A stretch of 64,000 nt of DNA, taken from positions 211,228 to 275,227 of the forward strand of contig JBBSVM010000003.1 in assembly GCA_038046785.1 (NCBI GenBank), in the 5' to 3' direction. Origin of the DNA: Thermoplasmatota archaeon. GTDB taxonomy: Archaea > Thermoplasmatota > E2 > JACPAO01 > JAHFTW01. Positions 20,184 through 27,608 of this stretch are shown piece after piece (the first letter of the stretch is position 1; the number at the start of each line of letters is the position of its first letter). Under the pieces are notes generated by a model, which was not told where the DNA came from, did no database searches, and saw nothing but the letters and a program-made list of their open reading frames with translations. The position numbers and the translations under genes are program-made.

Positions 20184-20386
20184 CAGTGCTGGTGCGGTTG
20201 CGACCTGCAGTCAGGTCGATCAACACGGGTGGGACCTTCGGCTTTCCAAGCCTCCGGCCCCACGCCAGCCCACTCAGTGCTGGTGCGGTTGCGACCTGCA
20301 GTCAGGTCGATCAACACGGGTGGGGCCTCCGGCTTTCCAAGCCTCCGGCCCCACGCCAACCCACTCAGTGCTGGTGCGGTTGCGTC
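20184..20386. repeat. Tandem direct repeat of about 90-91 bp: two copies plus the native 19-nt sdhB terminus
   Basis: Copies at 20184-20274 and 20275-20364 are near-identical (one 1-nt indel, 3 substitutions). Each begins with tcagtgctggtgcggttgcg, which is the stop codon plus the last 5 codons of sdhB at 20365-20383. Confidence 0.85.
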
Positions 20387-21126
20387 TCGGCCTTCACGAA
20401 ATCGGTGGTGCCGTACAGGATGGCTTTCTTGACGTCGCCAATGTGCTTCGTGATGTCGATGCCCTGAGGACAGGCTTCCACGCAGTTGAAGGCAGTGCGG
20501 CAGCGCCAGACGCCGGTGTAGTCGTTGAGGCGCTCGATGCGCTCGGCGTTGCCCTCGTCGCGCGAGTCAAAGAGGAAGCGGCTCGCCTGGACGATGGCGG
20601 CGGGGCCGACGAACTGGTCGTTGCTCCAGAACGATGGGCAGGAGGTGGTGCAGGCGGCGCACATGATGCACTTCGACTGGTCGTCAATCTTGGCGTGCTG
20701 CTCGGGCGACTGCAACCGTTCGCGGCCGGAGGGCTCGTGCGTCGTCACCTGGTAGGGCATGACCGACTTGTAGGACTCGAAGAATGGGTCCATGTCGACG
20801 ATGAGGTCTTTCTTCACGGCGAGTCCCTTGAGCGGCTCGACGGTGATGGTGGAGGGCAGGTCGCGCACCAGGGTCTTGCAGGCGAGGCGGTTCTTGCCGT
20901 TGATCTGCATCGCGTCGGAGCCGCAGATGCCGTGCGCGCAGGATTTGCGGAACGCGAGCGAGCCGGACTGCTCGCCTTTGATGCGCAGCAGGAGGTCGAG
21001 GACGCGGTCCATCGGGTTGACCTCGGTGAGCGTGTAGGATTCGGTGTGCGGCTTGGTGTCGCCCTTCTCCGGCTCGAAGCGGGAGACGCGCAAGGTCACG
21101 GTCTGGTTGGCCTGTTCGATGTTCAT
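20365..21126 (-). CDS. sdhB: Succinate dehydrogenase/fumarate reductase iron-sulfur subunit
   Basis: 2Fe-2S and 4Fe-4S cysteine clusters (CAHGICGSDAM, CIMCAACTTSCP, CVEACPQGID). ATG at 21126 overlaps the sdhA stop. Confidence 0.85.
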   Translation of the reverse strand: MNIEQANQTVTLRVSRFEPEKGDTKPHTESYTLTEVNPMDRVLDLLLRIKGEQSGSLAFRKSCAHGICGSDAMQINGKNRLACKTLVRDLPSTITVEPLKGLAVKKDLIVDMDPFFESYKSVMPYQVTTHEPSGRERLQSPEQHAKIDDQSKCIMCAACTTSCPSFWSNDQFVGPAAIVQASRFLFDSRDEGNAERIERLNDYTGVWRCRTAFNCVEACPQGIDITKHIGDVKKAILYGTTDFVKAETQPHQH

Positions 21127-22880
21127 CAGTAAACACGCTCCACGGGTTGGTACCGGGTGATGGTGACCGGCTTGTAATCGAGGGTGACGGCGTCGCCATT
21201 CAAGGTGGCCAGGGTGTGCTTGAGCCACGCCTGGTCGCTGCGCTTGGGGAAATCGTCGCGCGCGTGGCCGCCACGCGATTCCTTGCGGGCGAGGGCCGAC
21301 TCGACGACGGCAAGGCTGATGTCGAGGAGATAGCCCAACTCGAGCGCCTCCAGGAGCTCCGTGTTGAACAGCTTGCCCTTGTCGCTCACCGCGATTTTCT
21401 TGGCGCGGCCGCGCAGCACCTGGATGATGCCCTTGCACTGCGTCAATGACGCTTCGGTGCGGTAGACGCCACACAGGTCCATCATGGCGACCTGCATCTC
21501 CTCGCGCAGTTTGGCGACCGACTCGGTTCCCGCGCCAGCAAGCAGCGTCTTGAGTTGCCCTTCGGCAGCAGCCTGGGGGCCGACGGGGAGGCTGAGGTGC
21601 TCTGCTTTCTTGCAGAACTCCGCCATGCGGCGTCCGCCGCGGCGTCCGAAGACAACGAGGTCCAGCAACGAGTTGGTGCCGAGGCGGTTGGCGCCGTGCA
21701 CCGAGACGCAGGCGCATTCGCCGGCAGCGAACAGGCCGGTGACCGTAGTGCCCTTGTTGTCGAGAACGACTTCGGCTTCCACATTGGTCGGGATGCCGCC
21801 CATGGCGTAGTGCGCCGTTGGGGCGACTGGGATGGGCTCGGTCTTCGGCTCAATGCCGAGGTAGGTGCGGGCGAAGCCGGTAACCTCAGGGAGCTTTTTG
21901 TCGATGATTTCGGGGTCGAGGTGCGTGACGTCGCAGACGACGTACTGGTCGCCCTTGGGGCCGATGCCACGGCCCTCGCGAATCTCGGTGTAGATGGCGC
22001 GGCTCACGACGTCGCGCGAGGCCAGGTCCTTCATGGTGGGCGCATAGCGCGCCATGAACGCCTCACCGGTCGAGTTGCGCAGGATGCCGCCCTCACCGCG
22101 CACCGCTTCCGACAGCAGGACGCCGATGCGCCACAGGCCGGTGGGGTGGAACTGGTAGAACTCGGCGTCCTGGATGGGAATGCCGTGCCGCATCGCGATG
22201 GCGACCGCGTCGCCGGTGAGGGCGTGCGCGTTGGAGGTGACTTTCCAGGCGCGGCCGTAGCCGCCCGCCGCGAACATCGTCGCCTTGGCGTGGAAGGTGT
22301 GAATCTCTCCGGTCTCCATCTGGTAAGCAACGACGCCGGCGACTGCCTTCTTGCCCTTCGCGTCCTTCGCCTCGACGATGTCGAGGACCTGGTACTCGTT
22401 GAAGAAGCGGACACCGTTCTTCAGGCACTGCTGGTACATGGTGTGCAGCATGGCGTGCCCGGTGCGGTCGGCGGAGTGGCAGGCGCGTTCGACGGGCGCC
22501 TTGCCGTGGTCACGGGTGTGGCCGCCGAAGCGGCGCTGGCTGATTTTGCCGTTGGGCAGGCGGTCGAACGGGAGGCCCATGTGCTCGAGCTGGAGGATGG
22601 TCTCCGGCGCGTCGCGGCACATGATTTCGATGGCGTCCTGGTCGCCGAGGAAGTCGCTGCCCTTGACGGTGTCGTAGGCGTGCCACTCCCATTGGTCCTC
22701 GCCGACGTTGCCAAGCGCCGCCGAGATGCCGCCCTGTGCCGCGCCAGTGTGCGAGCGCACGGGGTAGAGTTTCGAGAGGACGGCGACGTTGAGCCCCTTC
22801 TCTTTCGACAGCTCATAGGCCGCCATGAGGCCGGCGCCGCCGGCGCCCACGATGATGGCGTCAAACTTGTGATAGGTCAT
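21126..22880 (-). CDS. sdhA: Succinate dehydrogenase flavoprotein subunit
   Basis: FAD-binding GAGGAGL, the covalent-FAD histidine region RSHTGAAQGG, and active-site HPTG. Confidence 0.9.
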   Translation of the reverse strand: MTYHKFDAIIVGAGGAGLMAAYELSKEKGLNVAVLSKLYPVRSHTGAAQGGISAALGNVGEDQWEWHAYDTVKGSDFLGDQDAIEIMCRDAPETILQLEHMGLPFDRLPNGKISQRRFGGHTRDHGKAPVERACHSADRTGHAMLHTMYQQCLKNGVRFFNEYQVLDIVEAKDAKGKKAVAGVVAYQMETGEIHTFHAKATMFAAGGYGRAWKVTSNAHALTGDAVAIAMRHGIPIQDAEFYQFHPTGLWRIGVLLSEAVRGEGGILRNSTGEAFMARYAPTMKDLASRDVVSRAIYTEIREGRGIGPKGDQYVVCDVTHLDPEIIDKKLPEVTGFARTYLGIEPKTEPIPVAPTAHYAMGGIPTNVEAEVVLDNKGTTVTGLFAAGECACVSVHGANRLGTNSLLDLVVFGRRGGRRMAEFCKKAEHLSLPVGPQAAAEGQLKTLLAGAGTESVAKLREEMQVAMMDLCGVYRTEASLTQCKGIIQVLRGRAKKIAVSDKGKLFNTELLEALELGYLLDISLAVVESALARKESRGGHARDDFPKRSDQAWLKHTLATLNGDAVTLDYKPVTITRYQPVERVY

Positions 22881-23273
22881 TTACGCGCCTCCGGTGGGGA
22901 GCACGAAGAGAACGGCGGTGCCCGCGGCGAGGAAGACGGTGAAGAGCACCAGGAGCAGGCTGAGCCAGAAGGCGCGCTGGCCCGGTTTGTGGACGCGGTC
23001 GTCGATGATGTGCTTGATGCCGTTCACGCCGTGGCCGAGGCCAAGGAACAGGATGAGGAAGTCCACGACGCGCAGGAGCGGGAAGTCCTGGAAGCGGCCG
23101 ATGACCAAATCGTAGCTGAGCGTCCCGACCTCGGTCTTGATGTGGTTGAGCCAGAGGTGGAACAGCACCAGGAAAGTGAGGAGGATGCCGGAGATGCGCA
23201 TGAAGTACCAGAGGCGCACCTCGCCCTTGCTGCTCGGCTTCGCGGAGCCGGAGACGTAGGACTGGCTGCTCAC
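22881..23273 (-). CDS. sdhD: Succinate dehydrogenase membrane anchor subunit (SdhD-like)
   Basis: Three TM helices. GTG start overlaps the sdhC stop (GTGA). Confidence 0.6.
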   Translation of the reverse strand: MSSQSYVSGSAKPSSKGEVRLWYFMRISGILLTFLVLFHLWLNHIKTEVGTLSYDLVIGRFQDFPLLRVVDFLILFLGLGHGVNGIKHIIDDRVHKPGQRAFWLSLLLVLFTVFLAAGTAVLFVLPTGGA

Positions 23274-23671
23274 GGGGCCACCTCCATGGCGGGGGCGGCG
23301 TGGGCGCTCTCCATCCACGGCCAGTGCGGGTAGTCGAGCAGCATGATCTTCGCGACCCAGAGACAGATGAGGGCGGAGATCAGCATGACGGCGTACCACA
23401 TCTGCTTCTGGTAGCGCGTGCTCTTGGACCAGAAGTCGATGGTGATGATGCGCAGGCCGTTGAAGGTGTGATAGACGACGGCGGCGATGAGGGCGAACTC
23501 GCCGAGGCGGAAGTACCAGGTGTCGTAGATGCCGATGGCGGCGTTGTAAGCGTCCCGCCCCATCAGCAGGAAGACGTTCTCCACGATGTGGACGAACAGG
23601 AACAGGATGACCGCGACGCCGGTGACGCGGTGCAGAATGTAGGCAATCTGGCCTTCCTTGAGCTGGTACAT
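23270..23671 (-). CDS. sdhC: Succinate dehydrogenase cytochrome b subunit (SdhC-like)
   Basis: Three TM helices with heme-ligand His residues. The ATG at 23671 is preferred because a TTTTATA box lies 28 nt upstream. Confidence 0.65.
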   Translation of the reverse strand: MYQLKEGQIAYILHRVTGVAVILFLFVHIVENVFLLMGRDAYNAAIGIYDTWYFRLGEFALIAAVVYHTFNGLRIITIDFWSKSTRYQKQMWYAVMLISALICLWVAKIMLLDYPHWPWMESAHAAPAMEVAP

Positions 23672-23698
23672 GCCCCTCACGCGCGGCACGAAAACCGC

Positions 23699-23707
23699 CT
23701 ATAAAAG
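23699..23707 (-). promoter_or_regulatory. Archaeal TATA-box-like element (TTTTATAGG on the minus strand) for a leaderless sdhCDAB transcript
   Basis: T/A-rich octamer in GC-rich DNA, 28 nt upstream of the sdhC ATG. Confidence 0.4.
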
Positions 23708-23770
23708 AGATTGAAGCCGACGCGCCGCCCGCGGGCGACCCATCCGCCTCACCTCGCCGCGCCGGAACCG

Positions 23771-24475
23771 CTACACTGGGGCTGCAAGGACCTCTGGAAC
23801 CGCTGGCTTTGCGGCCTTCTTGCGCGGCTTGTTCGGCGTCGCTTTCCTTGCCATCGATTTGCCTTCTTTGGCCTCGCGCACGAAGCTGGCAAGCCAGGCG
23901 TGGCCGCGGATGCGGTAGCCGGGAGCCACGAGGAAGCGCGCCTCGACGATGTCGTCAAGCTGCCAGCCGTCGCGGAAGCTCTCCATCAGTTCCGCCTGCG
24001 TGACGCGGCGCGGTCCGCCCCAGGCGGGGTCCTCCCAATCGCTCATGGCCATGACATGCAGGCGGGCTCCGGGCTGGGCCAGCTCCAGGAGCTGCTGCGC
24101 GTAGAGCTCGCGCTCCGGATCGCTCAACGCGTGGTAGAGCCCGCAGTCGAGAAGGGTGCCGAAGCTTCGCCCCAGGTGGGCCGCCTCAAGGACGTTGCCA
24201 ACGAGGAAGGTGGATTCCTTCTCCAGCCCGCGCAGACGAGCCTTGGCCCGCGCCTGGTCGATGGCGCGCGGCACGAAATCGACGCCCCACGCCTCATGGC
24301 CGCGCTCCGCCATCTCCATCACCAAGTCGCCGGTGCCGCAGCCGAGGTCCAACACCGAACCGGTGATGTGGCCCTGGTTGGCCAACTCCACGAACGCGGG
24401 CTGGGCGCGGCCGATGTCCCAGGGCGGCGTGCCGTTGTACGCCTCGAAGAAGATGGAATCGCGATCGTTGCTCAT
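23771..24475 (-). CDS. Class I SAM-dependent methyltransferase with basic C-terminal tail
   Basis: Motif I VLDLGCGTGD. Internal ATG at 24475. Ends KATPNKPRKKAAKP. Confidence 0.65.
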   Translation of the reverse strand: MSNDRDSIFFEAYNGTPPWDIGRAQPAFVELANQGHITGSVLDLGCGTGDLVMEMAERGHEAWGVDFVPRAIDQARAKARLRGLEKESTFLVGNVLEAAHLGRSFGTLLDCGLYHALSDPERELYAQQLLELAQPGARLHVMAMSDWEDPAWGGPRRVTQAELMESFRDGWQLDDIVEARFLVAPGYRIRGHAWLASFVREAKEGKSMARKATPNKPRKKAAKPAVPEVLAAPV

Positions 24476-24801
24476 CGGGAGGCGCGGGCTTCTGCCCGGG
24501 CTGCGCCCTCTTGGCGGCCGTTCCGACTCATCCATCGCAACCCCTTGGCTGCGATGCAACATAAAATCTGCTGCTCATGTCCGGACAAACGTTGCGAAAC
24601 GGGGAGCGGCGGTGGCAAACCTCATGGCATGGACCCGAGTCGCAAGCGCATGACTCCGACCAGCAGCAAGGAGAAGGCGGACGCCAAGGCGGCCCGCAAA
24701 GCGCTTGGCCTCCCGGTGCGCGGCGACGCCGAGGCTGGACGCGCCAAGACCCCTTACCCGCCCGCTGGCGGACGCAATGCGGGCGGACGCGGAGGTGGCC
24801 G

Positions 24802-25557
24802 ATGACGATTGAACGGTTCGTCGCCGCCATCCAGACCAAGGACGCGGCGGGCGTGCGCGCCAGCCTGGCCTCCACGTTCACGGGACGTGCCAACGGGCGC
24901 CCCCTCGACCTTGACGGCCAAGTGGCCATCCTGGACTCTTTCTTCGCCGGCTTTTCCGACGGCGCCTTCAAACTCGAAGCGACCGGCGGCTCCGGCCGGC
25001 ACGTCATCACCTGGACGTTTGCCGGAACGCACGACGGTATCTATCTCGGCATCCCAGCGACCGGGAAACCGTTCGCGCTGAGCGGCTACATCGTTGCGCA
25101 CTCCAGCCCGGCCGGCATCCTCTTCTTGGAATGGAAATGGGACACGAAGAAATTCATGCAGACGGTCATGGACCCCGAGATGGCCTTCGCGGCGCCTCGG
25201 CCCGACCCGGTGCGAAACTGGGGCGATGGCCGCCCCCAAAACCGACGCGGCCGCAGCGACGGGCGCAAAGGAGGAGACCGCAAACCCCGGAATGGCAAGC
25301 CCCGCGAGCCGCGCCAGCCGCGCGAACCCGGTGCCGCCGACCCGAACGCGCCCAACCCGTCTGGTAAGGCGGGCCAGGCTGCTCCCGCCGGAGCATCCGA
25401 CGCTCCGCAGCAGCCGCGCCAACCCCGTGAACGGCGCCAACGCAAGCCGCGCGACGCCGCCGCGACCGACGGTGCGCCGGCCAACACGCCGCCCGCGGAG
25501 AGTGCCGCGTCGGATTCACCTCCTGCACCAGTGCCCGACAAGCCCGCCGAGACCTGA
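24802..25557 (+). CDS. SnoaL-like / NTF2-fold (ester-cyclase-like) domain protein with long disordered Arg/Pro-rich tail
   Basis: About 130-aa N-terminal domain resembling predicted ester cyclases, then about 110 aa of low-complexity RGRSDGRKGGDRKPR... Start at internal ATG 24802. Confidence 0.5.
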   Translation: MTIERFVAAIQTKDAAGVRASLASTFTGRANGRPLDLDGQVAILDSFFAGFSDGAFKLEATGGSGRHVITWTFAGTHDGIYLGIPATGKPFALSGYIVAHSSPAGILFLEWKWDTKKFMQTVMDPEMAFAAPRPDPVRNWGDGRPQNRRGRSDGRKGGDRKPRNGKPREPRQPREPGAADPNAPNPSGKAGQAAPAGASDAPQQPRQPRERRQRKPRDAAATDGAPANTPPAESAASDSPPAPVPDKPAET

Positions 25558-25562
25558 ATCGC

Positions 25563-25939
25563 TCACGCGGCTTGAACAAACGCGCGGCGATTCCGGGCAG
25601 GCACGGCAAGCAAAAGGAAGACGGCTGCTGCGATGGCGATGCCGGCGGGACCCACCGCGTGGCGAAGAATCAGGAAATAGCCCAGGATGAAACCGGCCGC
25701 CGGGATGGCGACGATGAACCGGCGGCCCTGCCAGAGCCAGTGCGTTGTTCCCGCCAATACCGCTCCCGCGAGGAGCAGCGTCGAGCCAACGGCGAACATG
25801 AGCGCGAAACGGTTGTCGAGGCCGCCGCGTTCGGTGATGGCCGTGTTGGCGGACGCGATTGTGTGGACGAGGCCAGCTCCGGCGACGGTGACCCCCCACG
25901 CCAGGGCGGCGATGGCGCAGACGCGGTTCCAGGTCACCA
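25563..25939 (-). CDS. Small hypothetical membrane protein (2-3 TM)
   Basis: Hydrophobic helices. The long ORF would overlap the msrA start, so a GTG near 25939 is proposed. Weak call. Confidence 0.3.
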
Positions 25940-26022
25940 CAATCTGCAAGGTCAACGCGGTCGCTTCAGGCTGCCGATGCCCGGAAGCGCACGTTGATGC
26001 GCAACGAGCCGTTCGACGATGC

Positions 26023-26568
26023 ATGGCGAAGACGGAGTTGGCGACGCTCGGCGGCGGCTGCTTCTGGTGCATCGAGGCGCCGATGCGGGAGCTGCAGGGT
26101 GTCCATTCTGCCGTGAGCGGCTATGCGGGCGGTGTTGGAGCCAACCCGAGCTACGAGGCCATCTGCACGGGGCGAACCGGCCACGCCGAAGTGGTCCAGG
26201 TCACCTTCGACCCTGCCCTTCTCGACTATCGAACCATCTTGGAGGCGTTCTTCACGCTGCACGACCCGACCACGCTCAACCGGCAAGGAGCCGACCAGGG
26301 CACGCAGTACCGCAGCGTCATCTTCACCCACTCCGCCGAGCAGGAGGCGACGGCCAAAGCTCTCATCGCGGAGTTGACCAAGGAGAAGGTGTGGGACCGC
26401 CCCATCGTGACCGAGGTCGCCCCCGCGCCGACGTTCTATCCTGCCGAAGCATATCACCAAGACTACTACGCCAACAACCCGCTGCAAGGCTATTGCCTCG
26501 CGATCGTGCGGCCGAAACTGCAGAAGTTCCGCAAGGCGTGGCAGGCGAAACTGAAACCGGCGACGTAG
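26023..26568 (+). CDS. msrA: Peptide methionine sulfoxide reductase A
   Basis: Catalytic GGGCFWC motif and conserved 181-aa MsrA fold sequence. Confidence 0.85.
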   Translation: MAKTELATLGGGCFWCIEAPMRELQGVHSAVSGYAGGVGANPSYEAICTGRTGHAEVVQVTFDPALLDYRTILEAFFTLHDPTTLNRQGADQGTQYRSVIFTHSAEQEATAKALIAELTKEKVWDRPIVTEVAPAPTFYPAEAYHQDYYANNPLQGYCLAIVRPKLQKFRKAWQAKLKPAT

Positions 26569-26630
26569 CGGCGCCGGCCGCAACTGTAGCAGAGAAAACT
26601 TCATGGTGCCACCAGGATCTGCTGGGCTGA

Positions 26631-27608
26631 ATGCGGCCCACGGTGCCTGCCCTTCTCATCCTTCTTGCCGGCTGTCTCCAATCGCCGCAGGGCGAGCCCG
26701 GGCTGACGACGCAGGACCCTCTTTCCCTCCCCACTGTTGTCTCGGTGGACGCCCGCAACTTGACCTGGTCCGCCGCTCTCGAGGGCGACGTTGCCCTGCG
26801 CATCAACGTGGTGGGAGACACAACTTGCGATGCCTTCGCGGCTGCCACCGGTTCGATCCCGCGCCTCCAGCCGCCCTTCGTGGTGGGGTGGGATACGCCG
26901 AACGGCAACCGTTTCACGCTTGGCTCTGGGCAACGGACAGGCGAAGTCTCGGTGTCCGCGGAGGTGGCGGGAATCGGAGAAGATGCGGGTGTCGGCTATC
27001 CGTTCCAGTGGGCCGACCGTATCGGGGTGAACCTTGCCGTCGCGGGGTCTGCTAACTTCACGGTCGGCGCCGCCGGCCTGCATCTGCCGCCTGATGGCCC
27101 GCCGTTCTGGGCCGACGAAACGCTCGCCAATGCCACAATCGCTGTCCGCCTCGCCTGCGACGACCCCGTCGCGTGGTCGTTCTCCGGCAGCCGCGAAGCC
27201 GTCCTGTTCGGAGAAGGCTCGATGGGCCTCGTGCGCGCGCATACCGGACTTCTCGACCCCGCAGGGGCGAGCGTGGCGGGGCGTGTCGACGTGGACCTTG
27301 TGTCTCCTGAGGGTTGGCTGCTGCTTGATGCCGGCGGCGACCTGCTGCTCAACCGCGTCGGCATCGGCGTGGCGACCATCACGACCCCGGCCGCATCCGA
27401 CACCTGGGTCTTGCGCCCGCACCAGCTTCTTGTCGAGGACGCAGCGGGTATCTTGACGGAGTCGGACACCTTCCGCTCGTATCGAGCGAGCAGCGGACGG
27501 TACACAGTGGAGTTGACCTATGCTTCCGCGGAGCTGATGGCAGGATTCCAAGGAGCGGCCCTTGGCTTCGGCCCCCTTACATCACCGGATGATTTGCTGG
27601 CGGATTAG
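26631..27608 (+). CDS. Hypothetical lipoprotein (lipobox LAGC)
   Basis: N-terminus MRPTVPALLILLAGCLQSPQ. No recognised domain. Confidence 0.5.
   Translation: MRPTVPALLILLAGCLQSPQGEPGLTTQDPLSLPTVVSVDARNLTWSAALEGDVALRINVVGDTTCDAFAAATGSIPRLQPPFVVGWDTPNGNRFTLGSGQRTGEVSVSAEVAGIGEDAGVGYPFQWADRIGVNLAVAGSANFTVGAAGLHLPPDGPPFWADETLANATIAVRLACDDPVAWSFSGSREAVLFGEGSMGLVRAHTGLLDPAGASVAGRVDVDLVSPEGWLLLDAGGDLLLNRVGIGVATITTPAASDTWVLRPHQLLVEDAAGILTESDTFRSYRASSGRYTVELTYASAELMAGFQGAALGFGPLTSPDDLLAD

Noticed and set aside
20100-20226. ORF-track start (GTG at 20226) for the 18850 gene
   Set aside because: It lies inside the sdhB-terminus tandem repeat. The N-terminal 40 residues are repeat-encoded. Signal-peptide-like sequence begins about 20076.
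21555-23333. 592-aa plus-strand ORF
   Set aside because: Antisense to sdhA/sdhD.
23672-23689. GTG at 23689 as sdhC start
   Set aside because: It would place the TATA-like box only about 10 nt upstream. The ATG at 23671 gives canonical archaeal promoter spacing.
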